DNA of 63,348 nt, filler included, from Octopus bimaculoides (GCF_001194135.2; 5 parts of 4 records of this genome joined end to end with filler, not necessarily neighbours in it); one strand, 5' to 3'; shown: positions 1 through 19,900, numbered from the whole stretch's first letter. Translations and numbers: made by a program. The notes: generated by a model not told the origin, from the sequence alone.

Positions 1-1303
1 TATATACACACACACACACATAGACATACGCACACACAAATCTGGAAATGTATCCCGTTATGAAAAAGATATTTCTTAATCCTTCCTTCAGAAATGTACT
101 TAACGCACAGTGGTTTGTTTAAATTTGTTATTAAAATGCCAACATCTACCGAAAGCAATCATATCAAAATGAGTTTGTTGGATTTTTAACTCTTTCTTGT
201 CCAAAGCATTTTCATAAGTTTGTCCCAACGTCCATGCTTGTTTTCAGGCGTTTTGTTAACCCTTGCTTCATGTGTTCTGAGTAATATAAAGCTTTCTTTT
301 TTTATAAGTCCCAAGTTATTCTAGTTGTTGAAAAGAAAATTGGATTATGTATCATGCATGATGCATGGAAACCAGGGAAATACATTCTGTGTATCACATG
401 CCATACACATGACAAAGTGTTAAATAGGACTTTAACATAGTAGATATAGCGTGATAATTTCGTGAGGAATTAAAGCTTCAGGCTCAATCACCCATATATA
501 TAAGTACGCACTTGTGTACGTCACTACATGTAGAAAAGTATCACTTGGTTGAATAGTTCAATAAAATGATGATCAATTCAGTCTATTCAAGTCATAAAAT
601 AGATTTTAATGTAGTGAATCGTTGAAGCCACAGATTTCCTCTCTATATCGTACATACTGGTGTAATTTCCTCTTGCCTCCTAATTGTCACTGGAGGATTA
701 AAAACCTCTCGTCGAGTACACACGTTATCCAAACACTCAAGTATAGTGTCCAACTAATTATGACAGTAAACTATGGTTCCTTGTTATTAACTACTTTAAT
801 ATTATGAACTGGGTCACTGAGAGTTGATTTTTTGATAATACGCTGTCTTACACTTGTGTTGTAATACGAACCTGCGATCGTTCAGTCGTTTGAACTTAAC
901 ACAATCGATTTTGCCAACTGTTACATTTCATTTGAAACTCAATACAAGTCAGTTTATTGTTGTATATCAATATGCTTAGTATGGTTGTAAACACTGTCTG
1001 GATAGAAAGCCCCCTTAATAAGATCACTTAATATACATCTTGACTGTCACGTTTCGAGTTACTTTTAAAAACTTTTCATGTCCAATATAAACTTATATTT
1101 ACTCTTTCTCTCTAGCACACACATTTGAATGTGACCTATGCTAGGCCTATAAAGATTCTAAATCGTGATAATCTAGTTTCGTATCGCGTATTCTCGTAAT
1201 TTTGGGCTTTAACTCAAAAAAAATGTTAATAGCATATCTAAGTGAATTTTGCTGTATTTGATATTTTTTTTATTACTGATAAAATATTCCATTTTCATTA
1301 TAG

Positions 1304-4300
1304 GCTAGCCAACCACCGGTTAGATTAACCAAGTTATGTCCAACATTTACCTCAAAACGAACTTCTGCTATACTAAAAGCCGCCAAAATATTAACTGATG
1401 GAGGAATAGTCGGTGTACCAACCGATACAGTATATGCACTAGCAGCTTCTTGCAAGTTACCAAATTCTATTAAAAACATCTACACAGTCAAAGAACGACC
1501 GTCTGAAAAACCAATTTGCATTTGTTTGTCAAATCTAAAGCAACTGGAGGAAGCGAAACCCGATTTCTGCGATCTTCTTTGGGCTTTTATGCGCTTGTGC
1601 TATCCTGGTAAAATAAGTTGTGTGGTACCAAAAGGCGAATGGTTGCTAAATCTAGGTCTTGGTGATGCCACGGAGTATATTGGAAACAAAGAAAGTGTTT
1701 GTATTCGGATTCCTGACTCTTCGATTTTGGCTTATCTCACACAACTGACGGGTCCCGTCGCTTTGAGTTCGGCTAACCCAAGTGGCGGAGAAGACAGTAT
1801 ACATCATGATATGGTTCTTGAAAGTCTAGGTTGGTTTCAATTTTATTTCGTTATTAAATTTTACTTTAGTTCTGTTTTATAGATATATACGTGTACACAA
1901 GTGTCTCCCTACCTACAGAAATATCTCCCCACACACTCACAGATTTTATTTCCCCATATCTTTCAGAAAAATGGAAATTTTTTAAATCAAAGTTTCTCCA
2001 TACATGCCTCAAATGGTGTAGATTCCGATTATATCGGAATTTGTGAAAAGAAAAATCTCCATTTTTCAGAAAGTTATGAGGAAACAAAGTTAGGATGGCA
2101 CACGTGGTGCGGAGGTAAAGAATACATACACCACCCGTTTTCGACTAACAAAAACCCTAACCCTATACAGTGGGTGTACGTATTCTTTACTTTCACCCAC
2201 TTGTGGAGCTATGCCAAACATTTTTTTTTTTTTTAAATATTCAGGAATCCAACACATGTGTAAATAATTTATGAGCAAACGAGAGAGCTTACGATTATCA
2301 AGATTGTGTTTTATAGTATAATTCTATATAGGTGCATGTGTGACTGTGTGGTAAGGAGTTTACTTCGCAACCACATGCTTCCAGGTTCAGTCCCACTGAA
2401 CTGCCCCACTGGGCAAATGTCTTCTACTATAGCTTTGGGAAAACCAAAGGCTTGTGTGTGGATTTGGTAGATGGAAACTGAAAGAAGCCTGTCGTGTGTG
2501 TGTGTGTGTGTGTATGTTTTCCCCCACCACCGCTTGATAACCGGTGTTGATGTGTTTATGTCCCCTAACGTAGCGGTTCGGCAAAAGAGACCCGACAGAA
2601 TAAGTACCAGGCTTTAAATGAAAATAAGTAGTCGGGGATCTATTCAATTTGGTTCACAGATTTTTTTATTAATTTTTTTTAACTAAACAGTTTGAAACTT
2701 CATATACTGGTGGAATGTCTCGTGCAGAACACGGTTTATTTTGAACATTTTTGACAAAATTTCATATTTTAGAAGTTATTTCATGTTAAAGTCATCGTAT
2801 TTGGGCAATTTCAACCAATCAATGACGTGTATTCAGTTGAAGAAAGCTACTGCTGCTTGTGATAGTAAACGAAGGGGAACAACCTCCAGGTCATCTCTAC
2901 TAAATGTCACCACTCTGTTCTATTTTATCTTTTGTGTACTGCCTGTGTTGTATATTGCACGCTTTCTTTTTTTTTTTTTTTGTTCTCACGCCAGAGTAAC
3001 CAGTATACATTGAAAAATCAACACCAAGAAGGAAGAAATATTATTTACATATATTTATTCGTTTGCCCGACATCGGTATTTTATCTACAAGTAATGCACA
3101 CCAGTGTTTAAAAGACCTATAGAGCTACGAGTCCTCAGTTAACCTTTTTGTTGTTGACGTGTATGTAGTTTCAAAATGCTTTATTTTACAACTATGAAAT
3201 GTATTGTTATTGTCATGATTTTATATTACCATAATCAACAACAAACACATTTCATCAATATAAAAGTCTTCGTTATCAAAACATGAAGATAAAACAAAAC
3301 AAATAGCGGCTTATACACCGGAAAATACAGTAATTGTAGTGGCAGTGACAAGTTCGCTTGCTGGTTGCTAGTGTAGAAGGGAGGGAAAGAGTAAGGAATG
3401 CATGGTGCTGATTAGAAAGGATAAAGGTGGCATCGTCTTCGCTCGACATATGTATAGAACAGAGTGGTGACATTTAGTAGAGATGACCCGGAAGTTGTTT
3501 CTCTTCGATTACTATTGCAAACAGCAGTAGATTTCTTCAACCGAATACACGTCGTCGATTGGTTGAAATTACACAAATACAACAACTTTAACACGAAATA
3601 ACTTCTAAAAAGTTCAAAGTAAACCGTGTTCTGTGTGAGACATTTCGCCAGCATATGAAGTTTCAAACTGTTTAGTTAAAAATATTTTTTTTAATTTGTG
3701 CGCTAAATTGAGCAGATCCGTACTTGGGTCGAATAGTTCGACTAAAATTCCTCAAGGTGGTGCCCCAGCATGGCCTCAGTCTAATGACTGAAACAAGTAA
3801 AAGATAAAACAAAATACATGCCATACTAATGAATTTTATAGACACCCAGGAGAAACCAGCATATTGTTTTGTTTGTTTTTTATATACCAGAGACCATTGT
3901 TTACATATATATTTGACGACTTTGCCAAAATATCAATATAATCACCTTGCATGCCTTATCATTTATACAGGCCACAAGATTGATGGAATGATCTGTGATG
4001 GAGAATCTCGAGAAACTGCTCCGTCAACAGTTGTAAACTGTGTAAATATCAACAAAGGTAAATAACTGCGTTCAGAATCTTGTTACTATTTAATCTTAAG
4101 CCATTGATGACAATCTTGTTATATAAATGGTTTTTTTCCCCAGAGAGCATTCAGGTCTACATTATTCAATGTGCTCTTCATTTCCAAGGCTGTGGGGTGT
4201 AATCTGAGGATAATTTGTCTTATCTTTAGTAGGCTGAGTGAACATGTACTACGGTTGTAGGCAACCTGCAGCCTGTTGGACCTTCTGAATGACATGCCTA

Positions 4301-7300
4301 ACGAAAAATTATCCATGATTTTTTTTTTTTTTGTCTTTAGTAGTGCAGGCGAAATTCTGGTTTAAGTACCCCATATAATCCCTCATAACTTATTTACTTT
4401 TTGGAATTTTCAGAAAATGTTTGTGTATTTAGGATCTACACATGGGAATTCATACAATTCAGAAAAAAAAATTTTTTAAATTTTTAACCCCACTACCTAT
4501 AATCCTAAAATTTTCACCTTGGGCAAATGTCTTCTACTATAGCCTCAGGCTAACCAAAGCCTTAGGAGTGGATTTGGTAGACAGAAACTGAAAGAAGCCC
4601 ATTGTATNNNNNNNNNNNNNNNNNNNNNNNNNNNNNNNNNNNNNNNNNNNNNNNNNNNNNNNNNNNNNNNNNNNNNNNNNNNNNNNNNNNNNNNNNNNNN
4701 NNNNNNNNNNNNNNNNNNNNNNNNNNNNNNNNNNNNNNNNNNNNNNNNNNNNNNNNNNNNNNNNNNNNNNNNNNNNNNNNNNNNNNNNNNNNNNNNNNNN
4801 NNNNNNNNNNNNNNNNNNNNNNNNNNNNNNNNNNNNNNNNNNNNNNNNNNNNNNNNNNNNNNNNNNNNNNNNNNNNNNNNNNNNNNNNNNNNNNNNNNNN
4901 NNNNNNNNNNNNNNNNNNNNNNNNNNNNNNNNNNNNNNNNNNNNNNNNNNNNNNNNNNNNNNNNNNNNNNNNNNNNNNNNNNNNNNNNNNNNNNNNNNNN
5001 NNNNNNNNNNNNNNNNNNNNNNNNNNNNNNNNNNNNNNNNNNNNNNNNNNNNNNNNNNNNNNNNNNNNNNNNNNNNNNNNNNNNNNNNNNNNNNTTTTTT
5101 TTTTTTTTGCATAATCTTAAGAATTCCCATGTATAGAACAAATTTTGCAAAAATTTTCTGAAAATTCCAGGATCAATAAAATAAGCACCAATTGGAAACT
5201 GGGATCAATGTCATTGACTTCTCCCTCCCTTGAGCCAAAATTTGAAATCAATACCACAGATTGTATTGACCAAAGAAATTTTTTATTGTGTTGTTTTTTT
5301 TTTAATTATGATAGGACATGAACTGAGAGATTTGGCTGCTATCTCTTCCAGGTTATGCAACCACAGAGAGGCTTCCCACATCCCTTGTCAAAGCAACATG
5401 TTTAATGTGATATTGTATTTAACTAATGTCATTCAATATGGTCTGATTAGCACCTGGCTTCCATTTTCTAAATTGACAACCTTTGGTTCCTATTCTAACA
5501 AATACTTGGTCACACCATTGTGCTGCCAAGCAAAGTTCAATCCCCGAGATGAAAAAATTAAATTAACAATCAACATATTTTTGACACTATTGTACTTATT
5601 AAACAGCAAGTCATTATTTGTAATATATCAGACATAAAAGAAAAAACAGGGGCTATTTTCTCATAAAATTGCAGACCGTGATTGAATGGGAATAAACGAG
5701 ACCAATGAAGCCCTAATATGCGTTCTGGCAAAATCTGTAGGAGGAATTAAATTCAACATTACAAGCAAATGCAATTATTGCTAATTGGAACTATATTACT
5801 GTAGTATTTACTGTGAACTAAGTTGTTGAGGACAAACTTTATGGCCCCTGGTAGTACATAGTACCAGGATTAAGGAGTTTTCTGACACCCTGATCAGCCC
5901 ATCCATCTGAAGGTTTGAAGATAAATATTGCCTTTAATCAGAGGCAGTTTTCTTCCCTATTTGGGTCAGTTTAACAAAACAGAGTAGGTGGACGACTTTC
6001 ATTTTATGACCAGTCTTAAAGACAAGTGTTACATTTGTGAGTAATTTCTTTAATTGCTTCACCAGACCTAGTGATTTTCAGAAGACCAGTTTCTCTCAAG
6101 TCCAAAACATTTCCTGGAACACTTCTTTCTCATCATGATTAAAGCAAAAATAGAATAAAACACCTTCTGAAAGGTTATGAATATGAAATTCTTAGAAATA
6201 CCTGTTCAACCATGGTAATCCACCCAACTCATGCCAGTAACGTAAACGGACATAAAATGATGGTGTCCATTTTAATTCCACAAATGACCTGGAAAAAAAT
6301 GTGCTATTATTCCAAGTCATTCAATGAGGTGGGTTAATTTTTTTAAATTTATTCAATGAAGCTGGACTACAGACCATATAGTCATGATTTCAAAATTGAT
6401 TATAGGTATAGCTTAAGGTGGAGGTGCATTGATTTAGTGGTTTGGGTGTTGGACTCATGATCATAAGATTGTGGTTACTATTCCTGGACTGGGTGATACG
6501 TATTCTTGAGCAAAGCACTTCATTTCACATTGCTCCGGTCCATCAACTGGTAAAAATGAGTAATCCTGCAACACATCAGCATCTTGCCTAAGGAGAAATA
6601 TATACACCAGAGAAACCAGAAAACTAGCCCTATGCGCCTTACAGAGTTATGTGGACTAACCATAACTCACTTGTACCAGTGTCACAACGACAAAAAGAAA
6701 AAAAAGCAACCAGTACACTCTATAAAGGGGTTGGTGTTAGGAAGGGCATCCAGCCATAGAAATCATGCCAAAGCTGACATTGTGGTCTGATGCAGCTCTG
6801 CAGCTTGTTGGATCCTGTCAAACTGTTCAACCCATGCTAGCACAAAAAATACGTTAAATGATGATGATGATAATAGCTGTATGGTCAAGAAGTTTGTTAG
6901 TATGTGATTTTCAAGTTTGATTCCATCTTGGTAACATCTTGTACAACCTCAGGTTGTCAAATACCTTGAAATTTTGTAGATGAAAACTGTACAGATACCT
7001 ATCACCTATCATATTTGCATGTGCATATACAAATACACACAGACACACACACGTGTGTGTGTGTGTGACTTTGTCTTTGCATGGACACTGCTTAACAGCA
7101 GTGACATTTATGCCACCCATGAACAATGTTGAGCAGCTTGGCAGATTGATGTGCTAAGACAAATAGAATAAAGTACCTTCTTTGAAAACAAGGGTTGGCA
7201 TCAAGAAGAGGATCTGACCAAAGAAGTCTCATCTAATCCATACAAAGAAAAAAGCAAATGTAAACTCAATGATTGTGTCAGCGTTGTAACCAAGGCAAAT

Positions 7301-7561
7301 AACTCTACATTAGCAATATTTAAGTCTTGATAGCTAGGGAAAATTAATGAAAAAAAATTATCTGCAATAATAGATTGATAAGAAAAGAAATAGCAAGTTA
7401 TTGATGAAAAATATCTTTAAAAGAATGTTTCTTTTTCAGGTGAAATTTCCTTCTTCAGAATTGGATGTGCACCACAAGACCATGTTGAAAATCTGTTTGA
7501 AGAAGCCAAAAAAGAAATCAACTTCAAACCACAAATTATTGTGGAAAAGAATCTCAAATAA
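1304..7561 (+). CDS. Sua5/YrdC-domain protein (threonylcarbamoyl-AMP synthase-like), 5'-partial; exons 1304-1829, 3971-4057, 7440-7561
   Basis: Spliced translation: ASQPPVRLTKLCPTFTSKRTSAILKAAKILTDGGIVGVPTDTVYALAASCKLPNSIKNIYTVKERPSEKPICICLSNL...VCIRIPDSS...GPVALSSANPSGGEDS...LG|HKIDGMICDGESRETAPSTVVNCVNINKG|EISFFRIGCAP...KNLK*. It carries the YrdC motifs PTDTVY, K-x-R-P-x-x-KP, SSANPSG and STVV. Acceptors are AG at 1302-1303, 3969-3970 and 7438-7439; donors are GT at 1830 and 4058; both phase-1 introns preserve the frame. The first exon opens at an acceptor with no ATG, so upstream exon(s) lie outside the window. Confidence 0.92.
2330..2633 (+). repeat. tRNA-derived SINE family A (CORE-like segment, internal TG microsatellite); its 3' end continues at 3721-3815
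   Basis: tRNA-like head (TGTGTGGTAAG...GGTTCAGTCCC), GGGCAAATGTCTTCTACTATAGC core, GGAAACTGAAAGAAGCC and GCAAAAGAGACC. Related copies at about 4515-4607, 9670-9800, 10660-11000(-), 12180-12400(-), 15830-16080, 25040-25410, 39890-40095, 41487-41807, 57700-57920, 58875-59060, 61530-61640 and 62676-62900. Confidence 0.85.
2634..3720. mobile_element. Non-autonomous DNA element with long (about 270-290 bp) terminal inverted repeats, inserted into a SINE
   Basis: 2634-2923 is the reverse complement of about 3454-3720 (e.g. TTTAACTAAACAGTTTGAAACTTCATAT and CTCTACTAAATGTCACCACTCTGTTCTAT). The host SINE sequence breaks at about 2630 and resumes at about 3721. Confidence 0.8.
6415..6640 (+). repeat. 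tRNA-derived SINE family (second type)
   Basis: Head GGAGGTGCATTGATTTAGTGGTTTGGGTGTTGGACTCATGATC, then TTCTTGAGCAAAGCACTTCATTTCACATTGCTCC. Related copies at about 12690-12900(-) and 58170-58460(-). Confidence 0.65.
6690..6872 (+). repeat. LINE/SINE 3'-tail repeat ending in (GAT)n (RTE-type tail by inference)
   Basis: AAAGGGGTTGGTGTTAGGAAGGGCATCCAGC...AACCCATGCTAGC...GTTAAATGATGATGAT. Related copies at about 8960-9150(-), 9900-10015, 10240-10420, 12000-12150(-), 17870-17990 and 21060-21170(-). Confidence 0.7.
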
Positions 7562-8414
7562 TTTCAGTTTCTGAAAGAAAATAACATCCAGGATTTAATA
7601 AATCTTCCATTTTCGAAAATTTCGGTAAAACAATAATTTTTTTTAAATTATGGAAGATTTCCATTAAGAATCCAAACATGAAACTGTTGCAACACAGTAA
7701 CGCCATACTTGTCCAATTTTGTAAGCGGGGATTTAAGTCTTCATTTTCTTTTTAAATTCCTTTACTGCCATTTTTCCTCTACATCTAAATTACACTATTT
7801 CCAGTCAACAAGCAAGCAGTCACTCAGCTTGCCACAATGACAGCTCAATCTCCTACCCGAGCTTCTTAAAAACTGTGGATACACAACTAATCTAGCAGTC
7901 ACATTCAAGTCTTACATTGACTGTTTCTTCTCTTGATATCACCCTCAATAAAATATACAAAATCAAACACAAACTAAAATGAAAATGTAACATTTACCAG
8001 CTGAGAGATTCAATCAAGAACAGCAAAGATCCAATCAACAAACATAAAAATTAATTATGTCAGCTGGATGTTCCACAGTCTATATCAATATTTAAATTTT
8101 ATCTTTGTCAAAGTAAACACTTTCTCATGCATATTTATTTCTGAAATAGTTTGGGATTTCTGGACTATTTACCTCATGTTTCATATTGTATCTTATAGAA
8201 AATGACCAAAGAATAGAACGAAAACATTAGTATAATATAGAAATGCAAAGAATGAAGTAAATAGTCTGAACATTTCAAACCTCTCAGACCTTTCCATTAA
8301 ATATCAAGAATAATTTTAAATTGCATTGATAATAACTTTACATTTTTTGTGGTATCATAGAACTTGAGTCATTGAAATAAAAACTATTAGACATAAGCTA
8401 CAGCATTTGAAATC

Positions 8415-8420
8415 TTTATT
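8415..8420 (-). terminator. Polyadenylation signal (AATAAA) of RPS27
   Basis: TTTATT on + equals AATAAA on -, about 43 nt downstream of the RPS27 stop codon. Confidence 0.7.
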
Positions 8421-8462
8421 TCACTTTAAACCACAGAAACAGGTTCAAGTCACTCCATTAGT

Positions 8463-15131
<6,669 letters not shown>

Positions 15132-15151
15132 TCTGCTCTGTCAAACGATGC

Positions 15152-15164
15152 AAAAAGGAAGAAG
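15152..15164 (-). promoter_or_regulatory. TCT initiator / 5'TOP polypyrimidine tract of RPS27 (probable TSS at about 15157)
   Basis: The minus strand reads CTTCTTCCTTTTTGCATCG...GCAGA-ATGCCG|GTCAGT. CCTTTTT matches the YC(+1)TYTYY motif typical of ribosomal protein genes, about 26 nt before the ATG. Confidence 0.75.
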
Positions 15165-16722
15165 CGGAGGCAGGTTTACATTATATAGTCATAGTCACAG
15201 ACATATTCTAAGCCGTATTGTCGTATTCAAACGCTGTCACAATCGGAGATTATTAAAGTTTATTAATAGTTATTTTTGCAGGTAAAACGCTGAACCCTTG
15301 ATGTTAATTGATAAAATCCACTTTAAATGTGTTATTATTTATTATACGTCATTAAAAGATTTATAAAACTATGTATAAATATCGTTTATGAGGGAAAACA
15401 GAAAGCATGGGTCAAATTGCACAATAGTTCGATCATATTGTGCAATGCAATATTGCGCAATAATATTTTTCTGTCTGTATATCTTTTACAGGTCAATGAT
15501 GCAAACTGTGTGTCGCCATAATTGCACAGAATATATATCTCTCTTTCTCTCTGCATCTATCTATCTATCATCGTCGTTGCTATAAAATGCTTGGTCGGAC
15601 CGAATTTATTGAAGTAGATTTCCTACGGCCTGATGCCCTTCCTCTTACTAATCTTTACCTGTTGCCAAGCAAGGTGATATTTCCCGATGGCCAAACATGG
15701 TTTTTGCTAAAAATTGTGAAAATGAATTTTTTAAAAATATGTAAAACACAGACTGGAAGTATTTCTACGTGAAGAAGGCTAAAGATGTCAAGTGGTAAAT
15801 ATATTTACCTCTCATACATGCTGACATTTTTATGGTTTATGGGTGTGTTTGTTTGCATTTGTCCCCCCACCCACCCACTGCTTGACAAACTATGTTGGTT
15901 TGTTTACATTCCTGTAACTTAGCAGTTTGGCAGAATGAACTGATAGAATAAATACCAGACTTCAACAAAATTAAGTTGGGGGGGGGGGCAATCTGACTAA
16001 ACCGTTCAAACCAATGCCCTAGCATGGCTGCAGTCCAATGACTGAATCAATTAAAAGATAAAAGATAAAAAGATAACATCTTTACTCATTAATATGCACA
16101 ACCATAAATCTATAGATTTCTTATTCTTCTAAATTTATATTTTCAACTGGAATTGTTGGAAAAGAAGCTGGAGAAGGAAGCATGCATTGTAGAGCTGAGA
16201 GAAAAGTTATATACTGTAGGGTTTGTCTAAGGCGCTGAACAACATGGCACTGGCCCTGCACTAATCTGTCACAGATCAAAATAAGCATTAAAATTCCTAG
16301 TCCCCCACTGCAGTCTGCCTCCAACATCTCATATGATTTAAGAAAGTTATAGGACTTAATCTTACATTTCAATCAATTGTATATATTTATCTCAGTTAAT
16401 AACATATCTTTGAGCCATATCACTTTGATTAAACCATGTTATCTATGAACTAATGAGAACAGCCTCTATGTGGTTATTCAACCTGCTTGAAGTAGCAGCC
16501 AAATGTCTCTCAAATCATACTCTTCCATCTTAATAAACAAAAAAAAAGACATATTTGATCCTATAATCCTAGATTACACCATGCCTGGAAAATGTTGAAA
16601 TGGTCACAGCTGGGACATCTTTAATCATGTGTTTGCTAGATCAGAGATGACATAGGACCAAACAACAAGGCACCAACAAGGAATAGCCTATTTAGTAAAT
16701 AAGTATACATATTTAGTAAGTA

Positions 16723-16947
16723 CAGTAATCCCTTGTCATCTTGCGGCTCACCTATCGCAGTTTATTATTTAAGCTTATGTCGATTCCTCGGTGGTGTTGT
16801 TTTGTGTTTATAATAAAATAAATATATACAAATTATAAAAATAATTTTAAAAAATATATACAGTAGAGAAGTGTTTCTACTTCGTGGATTTTTACCTATT
16901 GCGGGGGATTATGGAACATAACACCTGCGATAGTCGAGGGATTACTG
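16723..16947. mobile_element. Tigger/pogo-like MITE (225 bp)
   Basis: TA|CAGTAATCCCT ... AGGGATTACTG|TA, with subterminal ATCGCAG / CTGCGAT. Confidence 0.75.
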
Positions 16948-19900
16948 TATACATATTTAGTAAAGAAATGAATAATTAAAATAATGTTTATTTATGCAAA
17001 AACTTTTTTTTTTTTCAAAATATTCTTTAAAATGGTATGTTAGTATGGGACTGCCGCATGATAGGATGTGAAGAGATGGTGGAAGACCTCAACTGAACTA
17101 ACAGTACTTCTTAAATTGATGATGTGTAGAGGAATCCAAAAAGATCAACAGTCAGGACCACCAAGCTCTATCAANNNNNNNNNNNNNNNNNNNNNNNNNN
17201 NNNNNNNNNNNNNNNNNNNNNNNNNNNNNNNNNNNNNNNNNNNNNNNNNNNNNNNNNNNNNNNNNNNNNNNNNNNNNNNNNNNNNNNNNNNNNNNNNNNN
17301 NNNNNNNNNNNNNNNNNNNNNNNNNNNNNNNNNNNNNNNNNNNNNNNNNNNNNNNNNNNNNNNNNNNNNNNNNNNNNNNNNNNNNNNNNNNNNNNNNNNN
17401 NNNNNNNNNNNNNNNNNNNNNNNNNNNNNNNNNNNNNNNNNNNNNNNNNNNNNNNNNNNNNNNNNNNNNNNNNNNNNNNNNNNNNNNNNNNNNNNNNNNN
17501 NNNNNNNNNNNNNNNNNNNNNNNNNNNNNNNNNNNNNNNNNNNNNNNNNNNNNNNNNNNNNNNNNNNNNNNNNNNNNNNNNNNNNNNNNNNNNNNNNNNN
17601 NNNNNNNNNNNNNNNNNNNNNNNNNNNNNNNNNNNNNNNNNNNNNNNNNNNNNNNNNNNNNNNNNNNNNNNNNNNNNNNNNNNNNNNNNNNNNNNNNNNN
17701 NNNNNNNNNNNNNNNNNNNNNNNNNNNNNNNNNNNNNNNNNNNNNNNNNNNNNNNNNNNNNNNNNNNNNNNNNNNNNNNNNNNNNNNNNNNNNNNNNNNN
17801 NNNNNNNNNNNNNCTTACAGTTGTCTCTCTCTTTTCTAGGAAAAAAAAAATATTAGTCATCACCATTTTGAGCATGGCCGTTGCCAGTACCGCTTGACTG
17901 GCCTTCGTGCCGGTGGCACGTAAAAGCACCCACTACACTCTGAGTGGTTGGCGTTAGGAAGGGCGTCCAGCTGTAGAAACTCTGCCAACTGGAAATATGC
18001 TGTGCGTGAGAAGACCCGGCAAGCCAAGTGAGACCTAAATCTAAGGCCTCAGCTAGTCCACTTATGCGTACCTTCCTTCATTGGACACTAAACTCCACTT
18101 ACGAAGACCTGTTGAGGCAAGTGAAATCGAAATCGAGTTGAATTGGACACTAAACTCCACTTGCCATTCAACAAGGATTGGTAACATCCTTTATATTTCT
18201 CCACTTACAACTGTCATCAGACATACAAATGCTCTGCACACTTCATTGTCCACCAGTTCAAATAAAATCACAGTCAATCAAGAGAATGAAAAAGAGCTTT
18301 CTTTTGACAGCAAATTCTTCACCTGCTTTAACAGTCAAGCAGGTGCCACTTTCTTCATCAGCCAGATATGTTCGGTTTGGTATTGCCAATGCTTACAAAA
18401 CACCTTTTTGTGTCCCAGAGGATTTCAATGAATTCAGTAGGAAGATTTTCAATAGATTCCACTGTTTGTGACACTCAGATAACAATTCAACACAAAAGAT
18501 ATCACCATGCTTCCTTAGGCCATGGTATCAACAACGATACTCGTAACTAGGCCAGAAACTGCATCACCATGCCATTTCACCATTGTGCACCTTTACTTCA
18601 TGTTGATATTTTGAGACCACTTTCACCTTCACATGGACTTAATTATCTGCTCACTTGTCTCAACAAGTAAACCAGATGGCGTTATACTAGTCCACTCACC
18701 TACATTCCAATTGAGACAGCTGTCACAGTTGTGTACATTACGAGGTTTCTGGATACAGCATACAATCTAACATTACGACTGATAGGTGACAGCAGTTCAA
18801 GTTCAAGTCCGACTTATTTGTACAACTGACATGATTGCTACACACAATGGAACTTGTACTACTCTTACCATCCAGCTAACAGCATGGTGAAACATTTTCA
18901 TTTTCATTATCAACTGAAGTCAGCACTGAAAACTTATGTAGATATCAGTGGGTAGCATGAATACCTTTCTCTTCTGTTACTGCACATAGACATCACAAAA
19001 AAAGCTGGAATGGGAGCAACACTGGCCCTACTTCTCTCATTACTGGAACAGAAGGTCAGTGCTGTCTTAAGGGACGGGCACACTGGGCAGTTGTCCAGAC
19101 AGGCCTCATGGGTCTTGGGACCTAATTCTGATTTGTATATGCTGTGGCATGCTGTCAATAGATACATATTATTGGGCCCAATGCATTGATTTGCCTGGGG
19201 GGGATAAAACAGCCTTGTAGACATTGCATCTTCTTCACTGTTAGCTCTCTCTAATTTCACCAACTACCAATTATGTGATCACACATGACCAAAATGTTGA
19301 CAGCAACTGAGCATGATATATGTTCTATGAGATCTTCCAAGCAAGATATGATATGTTTATTTGTGATGATCAATATAGTTTGTCACAGCTGTATTGCTTT
19401 AGCAACTATTTGAAAATGTAAATAAAATAGTTGTAAAGGGCTACTTTGCAGTCTTGTTTATCATGGAGCAAATGTATAATTCTCTCTCTCTCTTTCATCC
19501 ATACATACATAAATTTATATAAGTATATACACATGCCAATGCATTTTCTTTATTGCCTTCCCTCCTGACTAAAAATTTAAAAAATAGGAAAATCTTGGGC
19601 AAGCATTCTTTACCCATCTAAATTACATGAAAAAAACCCATCAAAGCTGAAACTGGATTAGAAAAGCTTCAATACCTGATATACTACATTTCTTTAAAAG
19701 ACCCAATATCAGGGACTCTGTCTTTCCACACACACACATAGATGTTATGCAAGCAATGTTTATGGAAGATGTCTAATTGTTCCATATGGGACCTATAAGA
19801 GTCCAAAGAGTAAGATAGTAGGGACTACAACTTGATACGCATCAATTTTTGTCCTCAGAGTTAGGGCTCTCTTGCAGTAACAGAGTGGGGAGTGGTGTGA

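Noticed and set aside
248-300. Possible upstream YrdC exon (TTTTCAG|GC GTT TTG TTA ACC CTT GCT..., hydrophobic VLLTLASCVL)
   Set aside because: No good donor gives the phase 0 needed to join the 1304 acceptor, and the frame closes soon after.
1273-1479. 68-aa minus-strand ORF
   Set aside because: It is the antisense shadow of the YrdC-like coding exon.
2330-2400. tRNA-like A/B box sequences at SINE heads (also about 6415, 58440, 58880)
   Set aside because: They continue into SINE bodies and lack a complete cloverleaf, so they are not tRNA genes.
18081-18900. Possible degenerate RTE endonuclease remnant on the minus strand (WNVG-like motif)
   Set aside because: Only scattered 3-4 residue matches with many stops; not enough to call.
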